Part shown: positions 32,443-44,131 of the stretch, one piece after another
How the letters are laid out: the number at the start of each line of letters is the position of its first letter
Position numbering within the stretch: the stretch's first letter is position 1
DNA from: an uncultured Clostridia bacterium
GTDB lineage: Bacteria > Bacillota > Clostridia > TANB77 > CAG-508
Length of the DNA: 64,000 nt
Direction: 5' to 3'
NCBI GenBank assembly: GCA_934178555.1
Contig: CAKPQL010000002.1
Location: 23,419 to 87,418 of the forward strand
Position numbers and translations under genes: made by a program
Notes under the pieces: model-generated
Databases searched by the model: none
What the model was told of the DNA's origin: nothing
Seen by the model: the letters and a program-made list of their open reading frames with translations, nothing else

Positions 32443-32456
32443 CAAGAGGTGAAAAA

Positions 32457-33497
32457 ATGCTTGATTCAAGAAAGAAAAAAGTATTACAAGCAATAATTGA
32501 AGAATATATTAATACAGCTGAACCAGTAAGCTCTGCAGCAATAACTGTTAATCATGGATTGAATTGCAGTAGTGCAACAATAAGAAATGATATGGCAGAA
32601 TTAGAAAGAGAAGGTTATTTAGATAAACCACATACTTCTGCAGGAAGAGTTCCTTCAGAAAAGGGATATAGGTTCTATGTAGATGAATTAGTTAATGACG
32701 AGAATATTAGTTTAGATGAAATTCAATTTATAAAATCAAAATTAGAAACAAAAGTGAATGAAATTGAAGAACTAACAAAAATAACTACAAATACTATATC
32801 TGAATTAACTCATTATGCAACTGTTGCAATAGGTCCAAGAACGATGGAACAAACAATAGAAGATATAAAGTTTGTTTTACTGGGAAGTAAAGTGTTAATG
32901 GCAGTTATATTAACCAATTCTGGAGCAATAAAAGAATCAATAATAAAATTTGATGAAGATATTACCAATAGTCAAGTAGAAAATCTTAATTTTATATTTA
33001 ATAATAAATTAAGAGGAAAACCATTAGGCAAAATAGATAAGCCAATGGAAGAATATATTTCATCAGAAATGAGTAATCAAGTAAATGTTATAAAACCAAT
33101 AATAGCACAGATGAATAAAGCAATAGGAGAAACGGAACAATTATACTTAGAGGGAGCAAGCAAAGTTTTTGATTTCCCAGAATTTAATAAAATAGATACT
33201 GCTAGAAACTTTTTAAATATACTAGATACTAAAGAGATGGTTATAGATTTATTAAATAATGGATTTGCAAAAGATATTAATGTATATATTGGTGATGAAA
33301 ACAGTAGTGATGAATTAAAAGATTTTAGTGTTGTAACATTTAAACACACAGTTGGAAATATAGATTTGGGAACTATAGGTATTATAGGACCTAAAAGAAT
33401 GGATTATTCAAAAGTTATATCAGTAATGAAATATATTAGTAAAAACTTAAATGAACAATTAAAGAAATATAATGAGGAGGAAAATGATGATGGATGA
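32457..33497 (+). CDS. hrcA: heat-inducible transcription repressor HrcA
   Basis: N-terminal RKKKVLQAIIEEYINTAEPVSS winged-helix region. First gene of hrcA-grpE-dnaK-dnaJ. Confidence 0.9.
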   Translation: MLDSRKKKVLQAIIEEYINTAEPVSSAAITVNHGLNCSSATIRNDMAELEREGYLDKPHTSAGRVPSEKGYRFYVDELVNDENISLDEIQFIKSKLETKVNEIEELTKITTNTISELTHYATVAIGPRTMEQTIEDIKFVLLGSKVLMAVILTNSGAIKESIIKFDEDITNSQVENLNFIFNNKLRGKPLGKIDKPMEEYISSEMSNQVNVIKPIIAQMNKAIGETEQLYLEGASKVFDFPEFNKIDTARNFLNILDTKEMVIDLLNNGFAKDINVYIGDENSSDELKDFSVVTFKHTVGNIDLGTIGIIGPKRMDYSKVISVMKYISKNLNEQLKKYNEEENDDG

Positions 33498-33963
33498 AGA
33501 AAATAAGGAAGAGTTAAAAGAAGAGCCTAAAATTGATGAAAAGCAAAAGGAAATTGATGAATTAACAGATAGGTACAAAAGAATATTGGCGGAATTTGAA
33601 AACTATAAAAAAAGAAGTGCAAAAGAAAGAGAAAACTTATATAATTCACTATTGTCAGATATAATAACTCCAATGTTACCAGTATTAGATAATTTAGAAA
33701 AAGCAACAGATGCAAAAACAGAAGATAATGCATATAAAGAAGGAATAAATTTAGTATTAAAGCAATTTAAAGATGTATTAAATTCATTAGGAGTAAAAGA
33801 AATAGAAGCACTAGGACAAAGTTTTGATCCAGAAGTTCATGAAGCAGTAACAAGCATTCAAGATGAAAGTCTAGGAGAAAAAGAAGTTAAAGAAGTATTA
33901 AGAAAAGGCTACAAAATAGGCACAAAAGTAATTAGGCATGCAATGGTAGTTGTAGCCAACTAA
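33484..33963 (+). CDS. grpE: nucleotide exchange factor GrpE
   Basis: RILAEFENYKKR motif and a C-terminal beta domain. Overlaps the hrcA end, with GAGGAGG as RBS. Confidence 0.9.
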   Translation: MMMDEENKEELKEEPKIDEKQKEIDELTDRYKRILAEFENYKKRSAKERENLYNSLLSDIITPMLPVLDNLEKATDAKTEDNAYKEGINLVLKQFKDVLNSLGVKEIEALGQSFDPEVHEAVTSIQDESLGEKEVKEVLRKGYKIGTKVIRHAMVVVAN

Positions 33964-33986
33964 TTTGTTATTAATTTTTAATATAA

Positions 33987-35861
<1,875 letters not shown>

Positions 35862-35935
35862 TTTTTCTTATATATTTATTTAATAAATTATGTTATATGC
35901 ATTTGAACTTAATTTATATAAAGAGGTAAAAAGGA

Positions 35936-37087
35936 ATGGCGGAGCAAAAAAGAGATTATTATGAAGTTTTAGGCGTTAATAAAAATGCAACAGATGAAGA
36001 ATTAAAAAAAGCCTATAGGCAACTGGCAAAGAAATATCATCCAGATGCTAACCCAGATAATCCAAAAGAAGCAGAGGCAAAATTTAAAGAAATATCAGAA
36101 GCATACGAAGTGTTATCAGATAAGCAAAAAAGAGCTATGTATGACCAATTTGGACATGATGGACCACAAGGGTTTGGCGGAGGAAATCCAGGAGGTGGAT
36201 ATTATTCATATTCTACTTCTGGTTTCGACGGATTTGATGATTTAGGAGATATATTTTCTTCATTTTTTGGTGGAGGATTTGGAGGAAAATCATCAAGAGC
36301 AAATCCTAATGCAGCAACAAAGGGTACAGATTTAAGGTATAATATGGATATTACATTTGAAGAGTCATATTTAGGAGTGGAAAAAGAAATTGTTATAAAT
36401 AAATATGATGAATGCTCTACATGTCATGGAAAAAAAGCAAAACCAGGTACAAAAGTTGAAACTTGTACTATGTGTGGTGGAACTGGTCAAATAAAGCAAA
36501 ATGTAACAATATTAATGGGAATGCAAATGCAAACAACTAAAACTTGTCCTCAATGTAATGGAGAAGGAAAAATCATAAAAGAGCCTTGTCCAGACTGCAA
36601 AGGAAAAGGAAAAATAAAAAAACAAATAAAAATAAAAGTAAAAATCCCAGCAGGTATAGATGATAACCAAATGGTAGTTTTAAGAGGTGAAGGAGAGCCA
36701 GGAACCAATGGAGGTCCTAAAGGGGATTTGTATGTGGTAGTGCATGTAAAGAAACATAGTATCTTTACAAGAAAAGGAGACCATGTATTATGTGATATTC
36801 CTATAACTTTTACTCAAGCTACTTTAGGTGCAGAAATAGAAGTACCGATGGTTGATGGAAAAAAAGAAAAATATAAAATTCCAGAGGGAACACAAACAGG
36901 AACTCAGTTTACACTAAGAGGAAAAGGCTTTCAGAGTAGAAATAGAAGTTGGGATGGAGATTATATATTTACGGTAATTGTACAGACACCAAAACGACTA
37001 ACTTCAGAACAAAGAGATTTGTTAGTAAAATTGGCAAAAACAATGAGCGAGCAACCACCAATAAAGAAAAAGGGGTTATTTGGATAA
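35936..37087 (+). CDS. dnaJ: molecular chaperone DnaJ
   Basis: J domain with HPD, a G/F region and four CxxCxG zinc-finger repeats. Confidence 0.96.
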   Translation: MAEQKRDYYEVLGVNKNATDEELKKAYRQLAKKYHPDANPDNPKEAEAKFKEISEAYEVLSDKQKRAMYDQFGHDGPQGFGGGNPGGGYYSYSTSGFDGFDDLGDIFSSFFGGGFGGKSSRANPNAATKGTDLRYNMDITFEESYLGVEKEIVINKYDECSTCHGKKAKPGTKVETCTMCGGTGQIKQNVTILMGMQMQTTKTCPQCNGEGKIIKEPCPDCKGKGKIKKQIKIKVKIPAGIDDNQMVVLRGEGEPGTNGGPKGDLYVVVHVKKHSIFTRKGDHVLCDIPITFTQATLGAEIEVPMVDGKKEKYKIPEGTQTGTQFTLRGKGFQSRNRSWDGDYIFTVIVQTPKRLTSEQRDLLVKLAKTMSEQPPIKKKGLFG

Positions 37088-37130
37088 AACAAAGAGACAC
37101 ATTTTTTCAAAAAATGTGTCTCTTTGTTTT
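37086..37130. terminator. bidirectional terminator (21-bp perfect palindrome)
   Basis: aaaacaaagagacacatttttt c aaaaaatgtgtctctttgtttt, between convergent dnaJ and the DUF368 gene. Confidence 0.85.
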
Positions 37131-37135
37131 ATATA

Positions 37136-37931
37136 TTATTTTATTAAAGATATTTTATAAGACAAGAACAAGCTGCCAATAAATAATAATATTGATACAA
37201 TTCCTTCAAGTCCTATACTAAATCCAGGAAATAGAATAAAAATAGAACCTAATGTGAATCCAGCAATTGCATAGTATGTATATTGAGAGCAATGTTTTAG
37301 TAATAATTGGATAATCTTTAGAAATATTAATCCTCCTATAACAACTCCAACAGCGATAGGGAAAAGTATTGAAAGGTTTATAGTGGAGATTGCACTAAGA
37401 TATATATCATATATTCCAAATAACATAAGTATTACAGTACTGCTAACTCCAGGTATTACAATGCCAGCAGACATAAAAAATCCTGCACTAATAAGTCTAC
37501 TATATGATAATTCTGATGTATAAGAATTATATGATGTAGATTCAAATGCTACAAGAAATAAACTTAAAAATAAGGTAAATAACAAAATGATAATACTAGT
37601 TAAATTAAACTTTTTAGTGTTTTGTTTTAATAAAGATGGAATTCCACCAATAATAAATCCAATTATACAAAAACAAGTTTGCATATGGAAAGAATCAAAA
37701 AGAAATTTTAGTATATTTCCGAATAATATTATACCTACAAAAACTCCAATAATAATTGGTAGTAAGAAGAATAGATTTTTCTTATAATCATTAAAAAAAT
37801 TTAAAATTGAATCTATAAGTTTTTCATAAATGCCAAATATAACGCAAAAAACGCCACTGCTTATGCCGTGGAAGTATTGCTCCAGAACCTATAAAAATAC
37901 CTTTTATGAATTGTAGTAAATTATATTTCAT
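37136..37931 (-). pseudogene. DUF368 family membrane protein, reading frame interrupted (+1) at an in-frame CGG
   Basis: The N-terminal frame reads MKYNLLQFIKGIFIGSGAILP-R(CGG, complement of 37866-37868), then a stop 14 codons later. Skipping the C gives GISSGVFCVIFGIYEKLIDS..., continuous with the 182-aa ORF 37136-37684. The PG(V/I)S(G/S)G motif is typical of DUF368. Confidence 0.7.
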
Positions 37932-37999
37932 ATAACCCCCCCAATGATGTATTATTATATTTTATTATTTTTTTAAATTAATATACCTAAAAATTTATA

Positions 38000-38028
38000 T
38001 TGACAAATAACAAAAAATATCGTATTAT
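38000..38028 (+). promoter_or_regulatory. sigma-A promoter of the folate-transport operon
   Basis: TTGACA (38000-05), 17-nt spacer, TATTAT (38023-28). Confidence 0.7.
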
Positions 38029-38032
38029 GTAG

Positions 38033-38135
38033 AAAATAGAGTAGAAAACAATAGTTAAGGACTACTAAACGGGAAGTTGTTAGTAGGAGAAAAAATACTT
38101 ATTTTGCTTATTAGTTTTCGCATTCCGCTATTAGT
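38033..38135 (+). promoter_or_regulatory. THF (tetrahydrofolate) riboswitch
   Basis: Matches the remembered THF aptamer layout. AUAGAGUAG-AAAAC...AGUUAAG, then CUACUA-AACGGGAAGUUGU-UAGUAG, then GUUUU-CGCAUUCCGCUAU, with compensatory P1/P2/P3 pairings. Located in the folT leader. Confidence 0.78.
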
Positions 38136-38215
38136 AAAAAGAAAGATAATAAAGAATATTGCAAACTTCTTTCTTAAAAGGTGGAAATCTATTTAAAAGA
38201 AAGGGGTTTTTTATT

Positions 38216-38741
38216 ATGTCAAAAATTAAAAAAATTGTATTATCAGCTATGTTTCTTGCATTATTGCTTGTACTTTCAAGGTTTTTATCAATTAAAACAC
38301 AACTATTGGTAATAAGTTTTAGCTTTATACCAATAATGTTGTCAGCTAATTTACTTCGGACCTAAATATAGTACAATTATAGCAGCATTGGGAGATTTGA
38401 TCGGAGCATTACTATTTCCATTTGGCTCATATTTTCCAGGATTTACACTAAGTGCAGCTTTAACTGGACTTATACATGGAGTATTTTTATATGAAAGCCC
38501 AGAAAAACCAATGAATGACGGAAAATTTTTAGTACGAGTTATAATTAGTAGTGTATTAGCTTTAGGAGGAGTAAGCATACTATTAACATCATTATGGTTA
38601 AATATTCTTTATGGTTCTGCATATACAGCAGTACTTGCAACAAGAGTAGTACCACAAGTTGTAATGCTTCCAATACAAGTTGTTATTATATTTGCTTTAA
38701 GAAAGTTATTAAAACCAGCAGTAAAAAAATATTTGTATTAG
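38216..38741 (+). pseudogene. folT: folate-family ECF transporter S component (FolT), reading frame interrupted (+1) at an in-frame CGG
   Basis: Frame 1 reads MSKIKK...IPIMLSANLL-R(CGG 38357-59)-T-stop. Skipping the C gives GPKYSTIIAALGDLIGALLFPFGSYFPGFTLSA..., continuous with ORF 38388-38741. Confidence 0.75.
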
Positions 38742-38839
38742 TAAAAAAATAGTATTAAGCAACGCTTATGTTGTTAAAAAAATAGGGCGCTTTAAAAGCG
38801 CCCTATAAAGTATTAAATAATTTATGAAGGAAATAAAAG

Positions 38840-39664
38840 ATGATTGAAATAAATAATGTAAATTATAAATATAAAAATGGTAAAGTTGTAATAAAAAATT
38901 TGAATTTGCAAATAAATGACGGTGAGTTTGTTGCTATTATTGGTAGAAATGGCTCTGGAAAATCTACATTGTCAAGGTTAATTTCAGGATTAGAAAAGCC
39001 GACAGAAGGAAATATTAATGTAAATGGAATTGATACCAAAAATAAAAAAATGACGCTTGAATTAAGAAAAAATGTAGGAATTGTTTTTCAAAATCCAGAG
39101 AATCAAATTATATTCAATAGAGTATATGATGATATTATATTTGGTATGAAAAATATAGGAATAAATTCAAATGAAATAAACGAAAAGGTAAATGAAGCTT
39201 TACAAAAAGTAAATATGAGTGAATATATATACCATGACACTTACGAGCTTTCATTAGGTCAAAAGCAAAGAATAGCTATTGCAGGGGTGCTTGCATTAGA
39301 TACAAAAATAATAATATTCGATGAACCAACTACAATGCTTGATCCTGCGGGAAAAAAAGCAATATATGAAATAGTAAATAATTTAAAAAAACAGGGGTAT
39401 ACAATAATATATATAACAAATGCTATAGATGAAATATTATTAGCAGATAGAATTATAGTTTTAAAAGATGGATGTTTCCAAAAAGAATTTCTAAAAAAGG
39501 ATATAATGCAAAATATAGAAACATTAAAATTATTGGATATAGAATTGCCTGTAATAATACAGATTACAGAAAAATTAAAAGAGAAAAATATAAATATCAA
39601 TTTGAGTGACTTTACAATAGATGAATTAGTAAAAAAAATATTAGAAATTTATATGAAGGCATGA
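38840..39664 (+). CDS. ecfA: energy-coupling factor transporter ATPase
   Basis: Walker A GRNGSGKST, LSLGQKQR, Walker B IIFDEPTTMLD, and an ECF-type C-terminal extension. Confidence 0.85.
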   Translation: MIEINNVNYKYKNGKVVIKNLNLQINDGEFVAIIGRNGSGKSTLSRLISGLEKPTEGNINVNGIDTKNKKMTLELRKNVGIVFQNPENQIIFNRVYDDIIFGMKNIGINSNEINEKVNEALQKVNMSEYIYHDTYELSLGQKQRIAIAGVLALDTKIIIFDEPTTMLDPAGKKAIYEIVNNLKKQGYTIIYITNAIDEILLADRIIVLKDGCFQKEFLKKDIMQNIETLKLLDIELPVIIQITEKLKEKNININLSDFTIDELVKKILEIYMKA

Positions 39665-39686
39665 AAAGTGCTCAAAAGGAGAAAAA

Positions 39687-40262
39687 ATGAAAGAAACACT
39701 AAAGTTATTGATATTATTGGTATATACAGTACTAATATTTTTCATAAGCAATTATTTGATATTGGGTATAATTGCTATTTGTAATATTGTATTAATGATA
39801 CTTTTTAAAGTACCAAAATTAAAAGCATTAAAAAATATTTATTTTTTGAGTTTTTTTATATTATTTACAGCAGTTATTAATTATTTTTTAGTTGATATGC
39901 AAACAGCATTATTAATTATAGTAAGGCTGATTTTAGTTTGCAATTTTACGTATACATACCAATATATATTATCGGCAACTGAATTATCAAAAGCAATAGA
40001 AATATTATGTTTCCCATTGAAACTAATAAGTATTAATCCAAAAGATGTAAGCTTGATAATAAGTATAGCAATTACATTTGTTCCAATATTATCAAACGAA
40101 TTTGTGCAAACTAAATATGCATTAAAAGCAAAAGGACTGAGTAAACAAAATAATAGTATTACAAAAAGATTACAATATACTCTAAAACCAATCTTGTATT
40201 CAATACTAAGAAGAACTGGAGAAGTAGAATATTCGTTAAAATCAAAAGGTTATACAGAATAA
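39687..40262 (+). CDS. ecfT: energy-coupling factor transporter T component (short)
   Basis: Polytopic membrane protein ending in the ...ALKAKG...RR..E...SLKSKGY pattern typical of EcfT. At 191 aa it is shorter than usual. Confidence 0.65.
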   Translation: MKETLKLLILLVYTVLIFFISNYLILGIIAICNIVLMILFKVPKLKALKNIYFLSFFILFTAVINYFLVDMQTALLIIVRLILVCNFTYTYQYILSATELSKAIEILCFPLKLISINPKDVSLIISIAITFVPILSNEFVQTKYALKAKGLSKQNNSITKRLQYTLKPILYSILRRTGEVEYSLKSKGYTE

Positions 40263-40286
40263 AGTATAGTAAAAGGAGAGAGAGTA

Positions 40287-41558
40287 ATGGACATAGAAAA
40301 GTATTTATCTAAATTTAATAAGGTTACAGAAAATCCAACATTAGAGGCAATGGAATGGATAATGAATGAATTTGGTAATCCTCATAAAAAGCTTAAATTT
40401 ATACATGTAGCAGGTACTAATGGTAAAGGAAGTATATGTGAGATGATGTCAAATATATTAAAAAATGCTGGATATAAAGTTGGTAAATTCATTTCACCTC
40501 ATTTAATAAAATTCAATGATACTATATTAGTAAACAATGTAGAAATAACAGATGATGAAGTATCAGAGATTTTAGAGAATTTATCTAAAAAGATAGATAT
40601 CTATAACAATACTCATAAAATTCCTGTAAAATGGTTTGAGGTTATTACATCACTTGCGTTAATATATTTTGCTAAAAAAGAATGTGATATTGTAGTATTA
40701 GAAACTGGATTAGGAGGAAGAACTGATTGTACTAATATTGTAGATTCAACTATATCTATAATAGCAAATATTGGATACGATCATATGGATATTTTAGGAA
40801 AAACAATAGAAGAAATAACTTCTCACAAAGCAGGAATAATAAAAGAAAATTCAGATACAGTTATGTTATATCAAGAGGGAATAACTCCTATCATAGAAAA
40901 AGAGTGTATGGAAAAAAATGCAAAATTACATGTGATAAAAGAAAGTAATGTAACAGATTATGAATATAATGAATATTATCAAGTTTTTAATTTTGAAAAC
41001 TATAATCAAGTAGAAATAAATTTAAAAGGAAAAGTGCAAATATATAATGCTGCTATATGTATCAAGTGTGTAGAAATATTGAATAAAAATGGATATACAA
41101 TTAGTGAAGAAGCAATGAGAAGCGGATTAAAGGCAGTTGTGCATAAGGCTAGATTTGAAACCTTAAGTCAAAATCCATTAGTGATTTTTGATGGAGGACA
41201 TAATGAAAATGCAATCAAAAACTTAATAGGTACATTAACACAGTATTATCAAAATAAAGATAAGGTTTTTATAGTATCAATATTAAAAACTAAGGATTAT
41301 AAAACCATTATATATAACTTATTAAAACAAGATGGAAAGTTCATTTTCACAAGTGGCAATGATAAAAACAGATATGTTTCAAAGGAAGACTTGCTAGAGG
41401 AAGCAAAAAAATACAAAGAAGAAGGAATATTTGCGTATGACTTAGAAACTGCAATAAACAAATCTTTGCAAGAATATAAAAATAGTGTAATATGTATAAT
41501 AGGAAGTTTTTATGTGTATGCAGACGTAAAAAATTATTTAAACCAATTTCATAATTGA
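40287..41558 (+). CDS. folC: folylpolyglutamate synthase/dihydrofolate synthase
   Basis: Mur-ligase P-loop HVAGTNGKGS and the downstream motifs DHMDILG and DGGHN. Confidence 0.88.
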   Translation: MDIEKYLSKFNKVTENPTLEAMEWIMNEFGNPHKKLKFIHVAGTNGKGSICEMMSNILKNAGYKVGKFISPHLIKFNDTILVNNVEITDDEVSEILENLSKKIDIYNNTHKIPVKWFEVITSLALIYFAKKECDIVVLETGLGGRTDCTNIVDSTISIIANIGYDHMDILGKTIEEITSHKAGIIKENSDTVMLYQEGITPIIEKECMEKNAKLHVIKESNVTDYEYNEYYQVFNFENYNQVEINLKGKVQIYNAAICIKCVEILNKNGYTISEEAMRSGLKAVVHKARFETLSQNPLVIFDGGHNENAIKNLIGTLTQYYQNKDKVFIVSILKTKDYKTIIYNLLKQDGKFIFTSGNDKNRYVSKEDLLEEAKKYKEEGIFAYDLETAINKSLQEYKNSVICIIGSFYVYADVKNYLNQFHN

Positions 41559-41616
41559 CACTATAATAAGAGTAATATATAATGTTTTCGTATAAAAAAT
41601 GTTAGGAGGAGTGAAA

Positions 41617-42780
41617 ATGGAAAAAAGTACAGAAGAAAATAATGTTAGCACATTAAATGCTAAAAATGAAAAAAAAGGTAAATCTAAATTAATAAAGATT
41701 ATAGTTCTTTTATTAATTATTGCTCTAGTTGCAGCTATAGCATTATTTATAGTAAATAAAGAAGATAATAATGATGTAGCTAATTCTGAGGATACTAAAA
41801 TTGGTAATACTTATTATGAAACTTTAAAAAAATATGAAACGGATGAAATGTATAAAGAAACTAATGAATGGAATTTTAAAGTATACAATATGAAGGATGT
41901 AGAATACCCTGTTTTAGTAGCTGATTGCACTGACACTGATTATATAAACCGTTGTACGATTTATTATATAAAAAATGATAAAGTAGTAGAAAAAGTATAT
42001 TCACCTGAATCAGAAGTAAAGTGTTTATTTAATACAGATAAAGAAGAGTATGGTTATTATCTAGTTGAAAATGATGGAACAACAATCACGTATACTTTAT
42101 TAAATGATTTAGTTAATGAAGTAGAAAATCCATTTAAAATTTCAATTTTAATTAAAGATAATGAAGAATCATATGATTCAAAGAGTGGATTAACAGTAAA
42201 AATAATGCCAACAGAGGAACATTTTATTAAAGTTGGAGTGGTTATTGGTCGTTCTTTAATCGTTTCAAAAGAAGAAAAAGATTTGAAAAAAGAATTAGAA
42301 AGTATGATAAAAAATACGAAATACTTGGAAGACTATCTTGATAGTGATATAAAAAGAGATGTACAAGAAAAGTTAACCAAAATTAGAAAACAACAAGAAG
42401 AAGTAAAAGAATATAAAGAAAAACATAGCACTTCATCAAGTAGTAATACTTCAAGTAATTCTAGCTTAACAAATACAGATACTAATTCTACTAGTTCATC
42501 TAATGGAACAACTAATCAAACTACAGACATAATTCAAGTTGGACAATATACTATAAAAGTAGGAACTTATAAAGGTAAAGCACAAGGTATGGATGGTTCA
42601 TACTATGATGTTATTTTAAAAATTAACAAGAATAATTTGACAATTGATGGTCAAACATTATCATATTCTATTAGAGACAATTATATAGTTGCTAATGGAT
42701 TTGAAATGTTCCAAGTAAACGGAAATAATTCTATTCAACAACTTGCTGGAGATATGCCTACACTTAAATATCAGAACTAA
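41617..42780 (+). CDS. hypothetical membrane-anchored protein with Ser/Thr-rich linker
   Basis: AGGAGG RBS, N-terminal TM and a poly-S/T/N stretch. No family recognised. Confidence 0.5.
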   Translation: MEKSTEENNVSTLNAKNEKKGKSKLIKIIVLLLIIALVAAIALFIVNKEDNNDVANSEDTKIGNTYYETLKKYETDEMYKETNEWNFKVYNMKDVEYPVLVADCTDTDYINRCTIYYIKNDKVVEKVYSPESEVKCLFNTDKEEYGYYLVENDGTTITYTLLNDLVNEVENPFKISILIKDNEESYDSKSGLTVKIMPTEEHFIKVGVVIGRSLIVSKEEKDLKKELESMIKNTKYLEDYLDSDIKRDVQEKLTKIRKQQEEVKEYKEKHSTSSSSNTSSNSSLTNTDTNSTSSSNGTTNQTTDIIQVGQYTIKVGTYKGKAQGMDGSYYDVILKINKNNLTIDGQTLSYSIRDNYIVANGFEMFQVNGNNSIQQLAGDMPTLKYQN

Positions 42781-42905
42781 ACAAAGTAACGAAACTTTTA
42801 TATAAAGGGATTTTATATATTAAAAGAATAAAATATTTTATTAGCCATGCACTTTTGCTTTTTCTTATACATATATTGATGTATAGAAAAAGTGGAGGTG
42901 CATTT

Positions 42906-43604
42906 ATGTTAGCTCTTACAATATCTGGTTTTTTAGCATTTTTGAATTCTGCTTTGTTTGTAGTTGGATACATACAGAGTAGTAATTTGTTTCCAGAACC
43001 ATTAACTTCAGAAGAAGAAAATGTGTATTTAGATAGATTTATGAATGGAGATGAAGAAGCACGAAATGTGTTGATAGAAAGAAACTTAAGACTAGTTGCA
43101 CATGTTTGTAAAAAATATAATGGAACTAATATAGACAATGATGATTTAATTTCTATAGGTACAATTGGACTTATTAAAGGATTAAATAGTTTTAAAAAAG
43201 ACAAAGGTGTTAGATTGGCTACATATGCCTCGAAATGTATTGACAATGAGATTTTAATGTATTTAAGAAATGTAAAAAAGATTGGAGCAGAAGTACCTTT
43301 AAACGAACCTATCGGTAAAGATAAGGATGATAATGAAATATCACTAATGGATATACTTGTAAATGATGAAAGAGCTATAGAGGATGAGATTGATTTAAAA
43401 ATGAAAATAAAGAAGATGTACGATAAAATCAAAGAAATTTTAAAAGGAAGAGAGAAGACGGTTATAGAATTAAGATTTGGATTAGATGGAAACAAACCGA
43501 AAACGCAAAATCAAATAGCAGAGATGATGGGGATAAGTCGCTCTTATGTATCAAGAATAGAAACTAAAGCTATAGGAAAATTAGCAAAAGAAATAAGAGA
43601 ATAA
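42906..43604 (+). CDS. sigK: sporulation sigma factor (pro-)SigK, uninterrupted
   Basis: Hydrophobic pro-sequence followed by FPEPLTSEEE, LIERNLRLVAHVCKKY, ISIGTIGLIKG, LATYASKCIDNEILMYLR and ISRSYVSRIE. Closest to the SigK pattern, with SigE as the alternative. Confidence 0.8.
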   Translation: MLALTISGFLAFLNSALFVVGYIQSSNLFPEPLTSEEENVYLDRFMNGDEEARNVLIERNLRLVAHVCKKYNGTNIDNDDLISIGTIGLIKGLNSFKKDKGVRLATYASKCIDNEILMYLRNVKKIGAEVPLNEPIGKDKDDNEISLMDILVNDERAIEDEIDLKMKIKKMYDKIKEILKGREKTVIELRFGLDGNKPKTQNQIAEMMGISRSYVSRIETKAIGKLAKEIRE

Positions 43605-43756
43605 AAATAATATATATTTTTATTTTTTAATATTATAATTCAATTTATGAAAAAATTATAAAATAAAAATATATTAAATTAAAATAAAAATGTATATTTT
43701 TTTGTTAAAGTTTAATAATAATTATAGACAGAGTAATATATTTATTATGGAGGTAA

Positions 43757-43954
43757 ATGATGAAAATAATTGATACAATAGCATTAATACTAATTATAAT
43801 AGGTGCTATTAATTGGGGTTTAATTGGTTTTTTTGAATTTAATCTAGTTGATACTTTATTTGGAACAATGTCTATAATTTCTCGTATAATATATGCCTTA
43901 GTAGGTATATCTGGATTATGGGGAATAAAATTATTATTTGATAATCACAATTAA
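43757..43954 (+). CDS. DUF378 family small membrane protein
   Basis: 65 aa with two TM helices and the GAINWGLIGFF motif. Confidence 0.7.
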   Translation: MMKIIDTIALILIIIGAINWGLIGFFEFNLVDTLFGTMSIISRIIYALVGISGLWGIKLLFDNHN

Positions 43955-43988
43955 ATGATGAATTAACTATTGGTTTATTAATGTTTAG

Positions 43989-44016
43989 AAGGCACGGTAT
44001 ACCGTGTCTTTTTTTG
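43989..44016 (+). terminator. rho-independent terminator
   Basis: aaggcacggta/taccgtgtctt palindrome followed by TTTTTT. Confidence 0.8.
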
Positions 44017-44131
44017 AGTTTAAATTAAAAAATAACTAGGTTATTTGAACTATTGACTACTAAAAAATAAAGTATTATAATAAAAAAATATCGCTAAAAT
44101 AGCTGTAAACAGTATAGAAAGAAGGATTGAA

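Noticed and set aside
36045-37182. Alternative-frame ORFs within dnaJ (36045-36245 and 36949-37182)
   Set aside because: They lie inside a fully conserved dnaJ reading frame and run into its terminator, so they are not credible genes.
42764-43495. 243-aa minus-strand ORF antisense to sigK. Similar long antisense ORFs occur at 56810-57427 (tig), 9422-9988 (rlmD), 20259-20672 (ftsX), 62277-62618 (typA), 59343-59672 (clpX) and 900-1211 (HD protein).
   Set aside because: All lie opposite strongly conserved genes. They have low-complexity Ser/Ile/Phe-rich translations typical of AT-rich antisense frames, and lack RBSs.
42906-43604. Looked for a skin-like intervening element or split sigK
   Set aside because: The gene is continuous, from the pro-sequence through region 4.2 (ISRSYVSRIE). 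There is no interruption.
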